In this document: positions 32,859 through 43,636 of the stretch, one piece after another | How the letters are laid out: each line of letters begins with the position of its first letter | Position numbering within the stretch: position 1 is the first letter of the stretch | Source of the DNA: Picochlorum sp. SENEW3 | Taxonomy: Eukaryota | Assembly (NCBI GenBank): GCA_034226945.1 | Contig: CP120459.1 | Span: forward strand, 310,001 to 374,000 | Reading direction: 5' to 3' | Length of the DNA stretch: 64,000 bases | Notes under the pieces: generated by a model | What the model saw: only the letters and a program-made list of their open reading frames with translations | Database searches by the model: none | What the model was told of the DNA's origin: nothing | Position numbers and translations under genes: made by a program

Positions 32859-34604
32859 CTATTGTATATATTGTCTAAGGAGGTCATTCTCCATCTGTAA
32901 CCGTTTGATAAGGTCATCTTTGGCTGCCATCTCTGCGTCATATGCGCTTTTGGATACTATGCTGGACTTGCTTGTCTGCATAATAGTATCATCATTCTTG
33001 GTGCCATCGTCTGTTCGAGGGGTGGAGGATGTGCGTGTGCTCTGTGAGGGGGACTCTGTGCTCCTGATGATGTCTCTCCTGGGAGATGAATGCGACCTTG
33101 TTATGCTATGCTGCTTTGCAATCACGGGAGACGGAAGAGAAGGAATCTTTTTTAGTTGTTCCATGGACACGAAGAGAGGTTTTTCTTCTTCCAAGATTGA
33201 TACCTCACAAAATGGAGCTGGGCTTTCCAAACCAAGCGAGGTGATCACAGACCGTGGCATGACACTCGTGATCTTCTGTAGGAACTGATCCCGTACAGAA
33301 ATTTCTTTATCTCTGAATTTACCCATGCGTTCTGCTAATTCGGATGCGAATGTTGCGTACTTGTCTGAGAATTTGTTCCGGCGAATACATTCAGCAAGGC
33401 ACTGTTTGTATGCAATGGGCAACTGTCTGACGATTTCAAGTTGCTTCAGTTTTGCATTCTGCCGGCCAAGAGCCGTTATAAAGGGCTCCATAGCGTCTCG
33501 CATGGATCGAATCCTACTTTGTTGGGATGATACCGACCTCATAATCAATATCACATCAGAGAGGAGGGCAAACTTTGCCCTGGAAAAATTGATGGCAAAA
33601 TCGCTTGCATTCCTAATCAACTGTTCCACATCGACTCTCTCTTGTCGCATCAATTCTTGTCTACTGTTTTCCATATGACTCAACAGCTGATCCATATCGA
33701 CTGGAGGAGCCCTCAGGTACAGGTTTTCAACATCATCTTTCAACCGTGCAAATTCCAATTCCACCTCTTGCACCTGCCCACAAAACACGGATTCCGCTCG
33801 TTGACACTCTTTCGCAATATCTCTCAAAGAATCAATATCAACAAGATCAGACAGATGCACCAGGTGCGTCTTGGATTCTGCATCTTTGGACAAAATCTCT
33901 ATACTCTTTAATGTATCAACATCTGCCTCCCATGTCGACATGATATCGTCAAACTGTTGCTTCTGTTTCTCGAAATTCTTCTGGAAGTCATCCAGAATAT
34001 TGCTAATGTACACATAATGCGGTTCTACGCGCGTAATTGAATACTCCACAGCCATGGACATGACCCGTGTGTTTCCATACGCATTCTCACAGGCATCATA
34101 CATGCCTCTTGCCACCTCCACCATTTTTTCTTTCACACCAACACTATCTGTCGTATTCGTAGTATACTCCTCGATCCACTCATCACATTGCTTCCTATAC
34201 AGTTCTTCTTCTTGCTTCTGAGATTCTGAAAGCCTTTCAAACAATTCATTCACCTGGCCATGCTTCAGCACAGATTTATCATACACATAATACGCCTCTT
34301 GATGACCATACTCTTCCGGTACAGGGACCACTTTGTGCAGGATTTGATCCTCCTCCTGAATCCCTGTCACCAGCTTGAGCATGCCCTTCATCCTCTCAGT
34401 CTCCACATGGGCTCCAGCCTCTATTCCCACCTCTCCATGAGACCCACATCGTTCAAGTACATGCGTAGCTCCTGTGAATGTCTCATACACAACAATCACA
34501 GAGGCACCGTGGTGACCACTATCCTCCACCTCAGAAGAGCAGGGACCCTGCTCTCCTGGGTTTTCCCCTCGTTCCGCACCAATATGCCTTTCAGGGTTGC
34601 TCAT
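32859..34604 (-). CDS. ATG11: ATG11/ATG17-like autophagy scaffold (N-terminal portion only)
   Basis: TGIQEEDQIL, YVYDK ubiquitin-like start; QLPIAYKQCLAECIRR, LAERM...EISVRDQFL, LGL..PAPFCEV. Confidence 0.7.
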   Translation of the reverse strand: MSNPERHIGAERGENPGEQGPCSSEVEDSGHHGASVIVVYETFTGATHVLERCGSHGEVGIEAGAHVETERMKGMLKLVTGIQEEDQILHKVVPVPEEYGHQEAYYVYDKSVLKHGQVNELFERLSESQKQEEELYRKQCDEWIEEYTTNTTDSVGVKEKMVEVARGMYDACENAYGNTRVMSMAVEYSITRVEPHYVYISNILDDFQKNFEKQKQQFDDIMSTWEADVDTLKSIEILSKDAESKTHLVHLSDLVDIDSLRDIAKECQRAESVFCGQVQEVELEFARLKDDVENLYLRAPPVDMDQLLSHMENSRQELMRQERVDVEQLIRNASDFAINFSRAKFALLSDVILIMRSVSSQQSRIRSMRDAMEPFITALGRQNAKLKQLEIVRQLPIAYKQCLAECIRRNKFSDKYATFASELAERMGKFRDKEISVRDQFLQKITSVMPRSVITSLGLESPAPFCEVSILEEEKPLFVSMEQLKKIPSLPSPVIAKQHSITRSHSSPRRDIIRSTESPSQSTRTSSTPRTDDGTKNDDTIMQTSKSSIVSKSAYDAEMAAKDDLIKRLQMENDLLRQYIQ

Positions 34605-34837
34605 TGTAATATATAACTATAATAAATCATATTGACAGGGTAAGCAGATAGAACGAGACTATTTTTCTGGCCAACATTGACCCAAAGCGTGTCGTGTCGT
34701 TCAAAACCTCAAGTCCGTAAATAGACATTAAAATAAACTCGACGCGATCCCATACATCTGGACAATGCCCACGGTAGCCTGTGTCTACGACATTTAGGAA
34801 AATTAGGCAACAATAGTAACCATAGGACGGAGCAGCC

Positions 34838-36361
34838 ATGGGAAAGTCAAACACAGAGGAGGGCGATGTTGCCATGGCTGATGCCAACGATCACGTCGAA
34901 AAGACGAACAAGGAGGAAGATTCCAAGGTACAGACTATCCAGGACAAGTTATTGGATAATGTCAGGTTGATTGAAGAGGCTGTGAAGGAAAAGGAGCCGA
35001 GGTTGATCTCCTCCCGACTGTTGAGACAAACACAGGTTCTCAAGGGAGAGCTCACGGCAGAAGGGATTGTCCTATTTGTACAAACATATCTTGGTGGTGT
35101 GGGTGAGACGAGTCTGGAACGATGTCAGAATGTATTGAAGGAGTGCGGACATGGGTTCTCAGAAGTGGACTATGAGTCCAAGCCAGAAGAGATGGAGCAG
35201 GAGGAGGATGGGGCAACGCAAAAGAAGAAGAAGAAGAAGGCAGAGATTGCCGTCATAGAAGCAGAGTTGTATGCATATGTGGTGGCGAGTATGTATCTGG
35301 TGCAGAACAAGGCGTGGTCTGATGTCTTGCGTGTGTGCCAGGTGGGAGTGGGTGTTTTGATGGAGCACAACACTCGTATTGTAGATCCAATGGGAGCGAG
35401 GTTGTATTCATACATGTCTTTGGCGTCGGAAAAGATGGGGACGTTGTCCCAGATTCGTGGCATGTTGTTGCAGCTTTACAGGGCTGCTGTGCTGAGGCAT
35501 GATAGCATTGGACAGGAGACTCTTTTGAATCTCTTGCTGAGAAACTACCTTCATTATAAATTATATGATCAGGCAGAGGCATTGAGAGCAAAAGCACAGC
35601 CTGAGACGTACAAATCATCTGCCCAGCACTGTAGATTGTTGTACTACCATGGAAGAATTCAGGCTGTGCTGTTGGAATACTCTGATGCAAAGGAAGCTCT
35701 TGTGCAGGCCTCACGGAAGGCTCCGCTCGCGGCAAAAGGATTCCGATTACAAGTAGCGAAATGGTTGATTGTTGTGAGGCTGTTGCTTGGAGAGGTTCCA
35801 AATAGGTCAGAGGTTGCCCCAGCAGATTTGAGGAGCATGATGCACCCATACTTTGAGCTTGCAAAAGCAGTGGGTGCGGGAGACGTGAATGTATTTATGG
35901 AAGTAGCTTCAAAGTATCAATCTTCGTTTGAGAGCGATGGTCTCAGGCTTGTGGTGGCAAGGCTCCGTGCCAATGTCATTCGTTCTGGTGTGCGAAGGAT
36001 TGCAACAGCATATTCTAGGATTTCTCTCAGTGATATCTCAAACAAACTGGGTCTGTCAAATGTGTCTGATGCAGAGTATATTGTATCAAAAGCCATCCGA
36101 GATGGGGGCATCACTGCTGAATTGGACCATGAGACTGGCATCATGACATGCTCATCTGTTACAGATGTCTACAGCACAGATGAACCACTCAATGCCTTCC
36201 ATGCTCGAATCGCATTCTGTTTGGACGTGTATAATGAAGCATATAAAGCGATACGTCATGATCCCAAGGCTCGCAAGACATGGAATGCTTGGCCAAAGGA
36301 TGTGGAAGAGGAGGACATTGAAGCCATCTTGGAGGATTTCGAAGACTACTTTGACGAGTAA
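34838..36361 (+). CDS. RPN3: 26S proteasome lid subunit RPN3/PSMD3
   Basis: LRHDSIGQETLLNLLLRNYLHYKLYDQA, YSRISLSDI, DVYSTDEPLNAFHARIAFCL. Confidence 0.96.
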   Translation: MGKSNTEEGDVAMADANDHVEKTNKEEDSKVQTIQDKLLDNVRLIEEAVKEKEPRLISSRLLRQTQVLKGELTAEGIVLFVQTYLGGVGETSLERCQNVLKECGHGFSEVDYESKPEEMEQEEDGATQKKKKKKAEIAVIEAELYAYVVASMYLVQNKAWSDVLRVCQVGVGVLMEHNTRIVDPMGARLYSYMSLASEKMGTLSQIRGMLLQLYRAAVLRHDSIGQETLLNLLLRNYLHYKLYDQAEALRAKAQPETYKSSAQHCRLLYYHGRIQAVLLEYSDAKEALVQASRKAPLAAKGFRLQVAKWLIVVRLLLGEVPNRSEVAPADLRSMMHPYFELAKAVGAGDVNVFMEVASKYQSSFESDGLRLVVARLRANVIRSGVRRIATAYSRISLSDISNKLGLSNVSDAEYIVSKAIRDGGITAELDHETGIMTCSSVTDVYSTDEPLNAFHARIAFCLDVYNEAYKAIRHDPKARKTWNAWPKDVEEEDIEAILEDFEDYFDE

Positions 36362-36386
36362 TAATCATTATTATGCTAATGTTACA

Positions 36387-37001
36387 TTAATCCATTCTAC
36401 CTTTGAGCTCCCGCGCAATAACCTTGTCTGGGGTAATAATGTACATGACAGCACCCCACCCAGACAAGCAATCTCTATCCTGCCCCGCCAACAATGCCTG
36501 CGACGCAATCTCGAAAAGATCTTCAGGCTCCAACCCAGGCTTCCATAAAGACTCGCAAATACCCATCAAAGACTCGGGGGCAGTCCCTGCCACCATAAAG
36601 TCCTTGGCAGTCTCCATGGCACCAATACTATCCATGCCACACAGATACGGCGTCCCGTCCGCTTCCAACCCAGCAATCACCGGCTGAACAAAATAAGGAC
36701 CAAATCGTTTCTCATACAACGTCGTGGACACCAGCTGGCCAAACGACGATGGCTTGATATCCCTCTCCTCCCTGAGCTTGTACAGGTTGTGCTTGAACGT
36801 GAACCTCTGACTCAACGTCTCGGCATCCGTCGCCAACCCAGACAATCCTAAAAACAATCGATCATGAATCTTGTATATTTTCTTATGATCTGTCGCGTTT
36901 GTTTGAAGTTGCACACCCAGTCTCAGATCACTTCCTATAGCTACGCAGTTTTTGCCAGCCATGGCCACAATCGCAGACCCATTATATTCGGAAATACTCA
37001 T
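36387..37001 (-). CDS. PSMB3: 20S proteasome beta-3 subunit
   Basis: MSISEYNGSAIVAMAGKNCVAIGSDLRLG, LYEKRFGPYF, DRDCLSGWGA, LKGRMD. Confidence 0.97.
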   Translation of the reverse strand: MSISEYNGSAIVAMAGKNCVAIGSDLRLGVQLQTNATDHKKIYKIHDRLFLGLSGLATDAETLSQRFTFKHNLYKLREERDIKPSSFGQLVSTTLYEKRFGPYFVQPVIAGLEADGTPYLCGMDSIGAMETAKDFMVAGTAPESLMGICESLWKPGLEPEDLFEIASQALLAGQDRDCLSGWGAVMYIITPDKVIARELKGRMD

Positions 37002-37402
37002 ATTCTATCGTATCTAGAGTGGAAAGGCACGTGGCCAAAGACAAGAAGAAACGAATCAAACAATCAATCAATCAACCCGCGTTTCAGCAAGCACGATGCC
37101 TAACAGAGCGCCGACTGTTGTTATTTTACGTGTATTTCCACAAAAAAAATACAGTATGTTTATTAAGTTCAGAGATGCTTTGTTTCTGAAGGGATTCATC
37201 ATGGTGTTGTTTTTCGGTACATAATGTTCTTTTTACGGCGACATTCCCTGCCTCACCAAGAAAAAGCCAGATGAGATATGCATGCATGCCTTTCTATTGC
37301 TTTGAAATATATCTATTCAGCAAAGTAGGCGATATGCTGGAGAGATAGACTCCATTCAGATACAAACAGAGAAGATACAGCAGAGAGAAAAGGTCGCCTG
37401 GC

Positions 37403-38111
37403 ATGCCAGTGGAAGAGTCGACCGACCCCGAGGTGCCAGCGCAATGGCGATCTCAAACATTATATGATTTTCGACATATGCCGGATGGGCCACGAGGGTA
37501 TAAAGTTAGCGTGACGAAGAAGGGGCGAGTGGGGAGTAAACGAAAGCTGGAGGAATATAGTGAACAGGTGTGTTTTTTTTTGTTTACTTCTAACAGGCTC
37601 TTGATCCTGCACCCATGATGATGAAGATGATGATGATGATTTGATGCTAATACTACTCTTATAAATATATGCATAGGTTGAACAAGAAATGGATTGCCAG
37701 GGAACTGCGGGAATGATGGAGGATGGTGTGGAGTCTGTGACAAAGAGAGCAAAAGCAGATGTGAAACAGAATGCTGTGGGTGTTGGGAAAGGTTCTGGGA
37801 GGACATGGAAGGCTCCTGGGCAGAAAATGAGTACATTGAGGAGTGGTTCGAGTAAAAAATTGTCGACGAGTTGGGAGAAGAAGATGGCAGACAAGGCAGC
37901 ACTGAAGGATTTGAGAGATAGGAAAAAGGCAGCGTTGGAGCAGAGGAAGGAGGCAGCTCGCAAGGCCCGAGAGCAGAAGGAGGCTGCGAAGAAGAGAAAA
38001 GAAGAGAATAGACAAAAGTCGGTTGTGACTCAAGTAGTGAGTTCTGCGACTGCAAGGAAAATGGCAAAGAGTAAAAAGCAGCGCAAAAAGCTCGTCACAG
38101 TTGATGGATAG
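37403..38111 (+). CDS. Cgr1/CCDC86-like basic nucleolar protein; intron 37568-37676
   Basis: GKGSGRTWK, TSWEKKM, KKRKEENRQKSVVTQVV...KMAKSKKQRKKL; phase-0 intron restores frame. Confidence 0.8.
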
Positions 38112-38193
38112 ATGGATGGATGGATATATGCGTGCAAAAAAATATTGATTTTTACTTAGAATGCGATGCGTCTCTATGTAATACATGGATGCC

Positions 38194-38949
38194 TCATTCT
38201 CTACTGGCATTCGTATCATTGTCATCATCATCATACAAGAGGAGATTTGCGTCATCCGCAACAGGCACCATATCAATCATCATGCGCTCATACTCTTCAT
38301 CTGGATACTCAAACTGCAATCTCTTCGTGGGAACATACCGCTTCATATCCTTGGAATACCCAATGAAGAAATTCTCAAGCGCCCTATGCACAACCTTTCC
38401 ATCCTCCAACGCATCTATATTCTCCTCCGCCACATACTTGCTCAACCGAAATCCACCGAAAAACCGCGTACTATCCATTTCATCCGGCAACGCATAATAA
38501 AACGGCATATCTGGATTCCGAACCCCCATTTGCCGCATCCACTCCTCATCTCTCTGACACGTCTCATCAAACCCATAAATAATACCCTTGTATCCATACT
38601 TTTTATGCCGAAACACCTGCCCTATTTTATACTTTACAGCATCTACTATCTGAGATTTCTCTCGCCGAGTCCTCCGCATCTCCTCCACCACTCTATGATA
38701 ATGTGTGTTTAGCAGCCTCAGAGCCTCAAGCCCTCTATCAACATTCCCATCCGTTGACTCGAATCCATACCTGGCAAGGTATCGTACCGCACTGGCATCC
38801 TGAAGATTCATTTTCACACCGACAAGTTCTGGAAGAACAGCATTCACATGCGTCTGTTGTATCGAAAATGGCACATCTGAATGCTCTTTTGCCCATCGAA
38901 GAATTCCTCTGTATACGAGTCTGCTCAGAAGAGCATTCTTATCCCCCAT
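38194..38949 (-). CDS. YccV-like (hemimethylated DNA-binding) domain protein
   Basis: VKYKIGQVFRHKKYGYKGIIYGFD, PFYYAL, KYVAEENI, LQFEYPD. Confidence 0.85.
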   Translation of the reverse strand: MGDKNALLSRLVYRGILRWAKEHSDVPFSIQQTHVNAVLPELVGVKMNLQDASAVRYLARYGFESTDGNVDRGLEALRLLNTHYHRVVEEMRRTRREKSQIVDAVKYKIGQVFRHKKYGYKGIIYGFDETCQRDEEWMRQMGVRNPDMPFYYALPDEMDSTRFFGGFRLSKYVAEENIDALEDGKVVHRALENFFIGYSKDMKRYVPTKRLQFEYPDEEYERMMIDMVPVADDANLLLYDDDDNDTNASRE

Positions 38950-39164
38950 CACTCTGAAGTGCTCTATATATCCTAACACATATGGAATACACCGCCAAGA
39001 CCCGTGATACATCCAGAACGTGCCGTATCTGATTAATTAGGATGTTTAAGAAATTTGCCTCGAGATCAAAAGCCTAGCCGTGCTTTGATAAAAAACCACT
39101 CAGAAGGCCTTGCTGTGGCATTCTTTCCTTTAGAAATCTTTAATTAGAGTAACGTGTGAATACG

Positions 39165-40538
39165 ATGGATGCGAAAGGTCCCTGTGGTATGTGTAGTACT
39201 TGTCACGAGTGTGGTGTGTGTAGGCGGACGGGCGTTATATTTCTCCATGTTTCTGCAGACCTGTCGGGATATTGGGTTCTCTCCAAGACTGAGCACTTTG
39301 ATGAGTTTTTAAAAGCTCTGGGTGTCCCTTGGATTGTAAGAAAGGCTGCCATCAAATTTGGCAGCAATGGCATGGAAATTATCAGGCACGCGGGGACGGC
39401 TGTTCGCGTGACGAGTTTGAATCCAAAAGGCAGTTGGCATAGAATGTACGATACATCAAAGGCGTTGCAGGGGCAGGATGTTGCCGGGAATGCGTGCACG
39501 ATTCGGGCGAAATGGGACGGAAGTGTGTTGTGTACTACGCTGGAAGGGTCACCGTTTGGGACGTGTGAGACGCATCGATACGTGCGAGGGAGTACGATGG
39601 TTGTGAAGAGTTCTGTGAAGAATACAGAGGGGGTTGAGGCGACCTGTTATTGGTGGTATGAGAGGATGGAGGTGTTGGAGAGGGAGTTTGGTCCTACTCG
39701 GAGGATGTTGCACAAGCACTTGGCAGCAGATCAGAAGAGAGTGGATCATGCGACGAAGAAGGATACTATATTTATGAGGTCTATATTATTAGATTGGAAT
39801 AGATGGGAGAGTCCTGCTGATGAATATATTGTTGTGAATGGTAGCAAGGCGAGGCGCAAGAGTGTGCGATCCAGGCAGAGGAGTCCTGCATCGTCAGCAA
39901 CGTGTACGCCTGGGAGTATGTCGGCGTCGCCGTCTGGGACAGCGTTGAATAAGATGGGGAAAACAGAACAACAGCCACATCAGGAAGAAGTGTCGGCAAT
40001 TCTGTCGCAAAAGCCGACAGATCATGCGCGGCACCCTCTTCCAGTGCATCCAGTGAAGCGGGCAGCATCACCTGGTCTTCAACCAGAGGGAGTGCAGCGG
40101 GGGATGACGAGACGGTTTGGTTCATCGGATAATTTATCAGAAACGTCGTTTCAAAGAATACCTCATTATCGTAGTACGTCTAGTGATAGTTTGCCGAATG
40201 TCAATGTAGGACAGAAGAGTAGGGAAGTGCTAGAAAGGCCACCGCCAACAGCAGCAGAAGCCATGATGGCAATGAAACTGCACGAGTTTGTGGAAACGTA
40301 TGGAATCACATCGGTTATACCGGTAGTAAATCCACACGATACCACAGAACCTCAGCTGTTGGGTATGAGTCCTGAACAGGCTGAAGAGACAACGGCAAAA
40401 CTTCGTGAACTAGAAACAGAAATGCTCCTGCGTCGGCAGGAGGAATCGAATTCGTTCACATTCTGTGGACTCGTGGTATCGTTAGAGAGAGATACTATAC
40501 CAGATCATTTACGAGTATGGGAAATGACATTATTTTAA
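39165..40538 (+). CDS. FABP/iLBP-like beta-barrel domain plus disordered C-terminal region; in-frame intron 39187-39258
   Basis: DLSGYWVLSKTEHFDEFLKALGVPWIVRKAA matches the FABP N-terminal signature; ends GVEATCYWWYER. Confidence 0.7.
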   Translation: MDAKGPCGMCSTCHECGVCRRTGVIFLHVSADLSGYWVLSKTEHFDEFLKALGVPWIVRKAAIKFGSNGMEIIRHAGTAVRVTSLNPKGSWHRMYDTSKALQGQDVAGNACTIRAKWDGSVLCTTLEGSPFGTCETHRYVRGSTMVVKSSVKNTEGVEATCYWWYERMEVLEREFGPTRRMLHKHLAADQKRVDHATKKDTIFMRSILLDWNRWESPADEYIVVNGSKARRKSVRSRQRSPASSATCTPGSMSASPSGTALNKMGKTEQQPHQEEVSAILSQKPTDHARHPLPVHPVKRAASPGLQPEGVQRGMTRRFGSSDNLSETSFQRIPHYRSTSSDSLPNVNVGQKSREVLERPPPTAAEAMMAMKLHEFVETYGITSVIPVVNPHDTTEPQLLGMSPEQAEETTAKLRELETEMLLRRQEESNSFTFCGLVVSLERDTIPDHLRVWEMTLF

Positions 40539-40539
40539 T

Positions 40540-41142
40540 TCACTTCTTCTTCACACCAACAGAGTAATTGTAAATTCTTGCGAGCGCCACTTCTGTTGTC
40601 GTTACTTGATCCCTGACATAATTGCAATCATCAGCTAGAACTTCCAATTGTCGCGTACACGATTGCAACTGTTCTTCTAACAACGCCTTTGCTTCATCAA
40701 GACTATACTCTACCATGACCCCAGCTCCCAACCACAACCCCACATACCCAGCATGCTGTACTGTGGCCCTTGCATACACATGATCAGACAAGGAAAAGTC
40801 AAGATCCATATCTTCACCGCTATCATTCCTTTCAATCAACATATTCACTGCGTCCAAACATTTTTCAATCTCTGGCTGCTTCAGCTGAAGCCTTTGCTTC
40901 CTCTGTTGCAACTCCTGCTCCACATGGGTATATCGCTGCAGCATATCCCGTACATCTTCCAGCACGAGATCTACATCCTTTCCAGACTCTGCGTATTCAC
41001 CCAGACCATGGTAGGATAGTATGTAGCAAACGGTGTGTCATGAGCAACGTGTGCATACCGTACCTTTAACATAGGCCTGAACGTTTTCCACAAAGGTTGC
41101 TTTTGGAACAACCTCGGCAATCACAGAGCTATTCTCACCCAT
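40540..41142 (-). CDS. PFD3: Prefoldin subunit 3 (VBP1); one intron
   Basis: VPKATFVENVQAY, KQPEIEKCLD, FSLSDHVYARA, VGLWLGAGVMVEYS, RDQVTTTEVALARIYNY. Confidence 0.93.
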
Positions 41143-41521
41143 TCTTGTACTCTATTGTATGCATATATTGGATGATATTCAATACAGTCTCCCTTGTTTG
41201 ATTATTTGATAAAAATAACAAAGGAAGGCGAACGTCGTCAAAAGATGAACTGGCTCATGGGCTGATCCACAGGAAAGTCAATATTCGACCAATCACACAG
41301 ACAGTGTATCATTAAAGTAAGTTATGCATACTAAATACAACGCATGTGACGCCTTCATGTATGCATACTCGTAGTTGACTAGCTCTGATGTCTCTATTTC
41401 GTACATTATATAATATACTAAATATGGACTCTCTCATATTTATCATCATGATACTAGTGTCTCAGAGAGAAGCGATGGCTATCATTTAATTCATCTAAAA
41501 TATATAATAATAGAAGTCACA

Positions 41522-42430
41522 ATGTTGAGAACCACTCGAGTGTCAAGCACATCCCACGTCATTTGCTCGCAGAGAGCAGCTTGTGTCTCTTCTCCCAAAA
41601 TGGTCTGCCGATCTGGATCTGGGCGCATTGATTCCCGATTGAACAATCGATTTGGATCGTCATATATCCCTCGCGTGTACCAGAAGAGCAGAAGCGTGCA
41701 GGGCAGACGACTGAATGTGATCTTAAGAGCCTCTTGGAATGACGTCACATTCGGTCCTGCAAAAGTCGTTGAGCAGAAGAAGATTGCGAATGGAATGCAT
41801 CGTTTGCTGGTCGATGTTAGTGCAGACGTTTCCAAGGGGTATACTGTACCAGGGCAGTTTGTGCAGATCAAGGTGGAGGAGAGTAAGCCAGGGTTTTTTG
41901 CCATTGCGTCACCTCCAGATGTAAACAATGCTGGAATGGTAGAGCTCCTCGTGAAGAATGCAGGAGAGACGGCGGAGAAGTTGTGTGTGTTGGATGCTGG
42001 ATCAGAGATATCTGTGAGCGATGTGATGGGCAAGGGATTTCCATTGGATAGGATTCCATCAAATGAGTATCACACAGTGTATATTTTCGCTACTGGAAGT
42101 GGTGTGTCTCCAATCAAAGCAATTATAGAGTCCGATGCCTTGAAGGCAAAGGAGAGAAAGCTTGTCAAATTGTACTATGGAGCCAAGAGCAGAGATTCCA
42201 TGGCCTATGCAGACAGTTTGGAGGAGTGGAAGAAACTGTATGGAGTCGAGGTGGAGCCTGTGTTTTCTGAGACTGGTGTGTATGTACAAGATGCGTTTGC
42301 CAAGGAGAATCCGGCACTTGGACCTGGAGTGGCTGCTATTGTATGTGGACAGAAGGAAATGGCTGAAGCCGTGAGGAGCATGTTTGCAGAAGCAGGCATT
42401 GACGCTGATTTGATCCTTACTAATTTCTAA
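41522..42430 (+). CDS. FNR-like FAD/NAD(P)-binding oxidoreductase, plastid (pKIWI502-like)
   Basis: YTVPGQFVQ, FAIASPP, FATGSGVSPI, LYYGA, VCGQKEM, ILTNF. Confidence 0.85.
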   Translation: MLRTTRVSSTSHVICSQRAACVSSPKMVCRSGSGRIDSRLNNRFGSSYIPRVYQKSRSVQGRRLNVILRASWNDVTFGPAKVVEQKKIANGMHRLLVDVSADVSKGYTVPGQFVQIKVEESKPGFFAIASPPDVNNAGMVELLVKNAGETAEKLCVLDAGSEISVSDVMGKGFPLDRIPSNEYHTVYIFATGSGVSPIKAIIESDALKAKERKLVKLYYGAKSRDSMAYADSLEEWKKLYGVEVEPVFSETGVYVQDAFAKENPALGPGVAAIVCGQKEMAEAVRSMFAEAGIDADLILTNF

Positions 42431-42439
42431 ATGTTATCA

Positions 42440-43633
42440 TTATATGTATCCTAATCTACCCAGTTGTTTGTCGTTTGATCGCCATTTGGGGACAACTTTG
42501 ACGGACAAATCTAGATACACTGGGAGCTGTAAGAAATCTTCAATATCACTGCGCGATGATGATGAGAGCTGCTTGATTGCAGAACCCTTGGCTCCGACAA
42601 GCAATTTCACATGTCTCTCCTTTTCCACAATGACTTGTGCATGAATAAATGTCTTTTTGGGGGGCGGGCGCTGCTTAAATTGGGTCACTTGGACTGTGAC
42701 TTGGTATGGCAGTTCTTGTCTATACTGCAGAAATACATGCTTTCTAATAATCTCAGCCACGAAAAATCGCTCACTCGCCTCTGATAATATATCTTTAGGA
42801 TACAGCGAGGATCCTGTTGGGATATTCTCCAGTACCCACTCTTGAACGCGTTCAATATTTTCACCAGTCTGAGCTGATATTGGAATCACTGCAGATGCTT
42901 TACAATGATCTGTATACCAGGTATGGATATCTTCAAGCTCATTGGGATCCATAATATCCGTTTTATTCAGTAATACTACCATTGGAGGCCCACTCCAATC
43001 ATCCCCCGGTTGAATCATGTCCAATGCTTGCTCTGGCCTATCCGTCACATCAACTATGGCGATAAGCACATCTGCATCTTTAATGGCCTGCGTCACAGCA
43101 TTCATCATCCTCTCCTCCAATTCATCCCGTTGGTTTGTTATAATACCTGGAGTATCCAGGAAGACAACCTGATGCGATGGTTCAGACCAAATACCGAGAA
43201 CCTTGTGCCTGGTAGTCTGTGCCTTTTCTGTGACAATAGACAGCTGTTCCCCCAAAATGTGATTCATCAAAGAACTCTTTCCTGCATTAGGACGACCTAT
43301 AATTGCTGCAAAACCCATTTTGTGATCCGGTGGATCCTCTTGGAACACTATATCTTCGGTATCTTCTCGAATACGTTGAGCAATTTCTTCAGGGGACATG
43401 CCACCCTCCTCGTCGTCCTCCAGATCAAACTCATCCAAGGACGCATTGCACTTGCTGCAGTGGAATTTTCCATCTGTTAGGTAATTCCCGTGAAGCCCTG
43501 TGAATGGTTTTGCTCTATTGGTCAATACTAATCTAGTTCGCCATGCAATGCTCCGAGAAGATTTGCACGGAACCCTGTTACAGGCCACATTGTCAACCAT
43601 TACGTTTTGAAGTACTTTTAAAATAATTTTCAT
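42440..43633 (-). CDS. ERA: Era GTPase, organellar (start may be ATG 43600)
   Basis: GRPNAGKS, AQTTR, DTPG, NKTD, KH domain QELPY...LVGAKGSAIK. Confidence 0.95.
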   Translation of the reverse strand: MKIILKVLQNVMVDNVACNRVPCKSSRSIAWRTRLVLTNRAKPFTGLHGNYLTDGKFHCSKCNASLDEFDLEDDEEGGMSPEEIAQRIREDTEDIVFQEDPPDHKMGFAAIIGRPNAGKSSLMNHILGEQLSIVTEKAQTTRHKVLGIWSEPSHQVVFLDTPGIITNQRDELEERMMNAVTQAIKDADVLIAIVDVTDRPEQALDMIQPGDDWSGPPMVVLLNKTDIMDPNELEDIHTWYTDHCKASAVIPISAQTGENIERVQEWVLENIPTGSSLYPKDILSEASERFFVAEIIRKHVFLQYRQELPYQVTVQVTQFKQRPPPKKTFIHAQVIVEKERHVKLLVGAKGSAIKQLSSSSRSDIEDFLQLPVYLDLSVKVVPKWRSNDKQLGRLGYI

Positions 43634-43636
43634 TCA

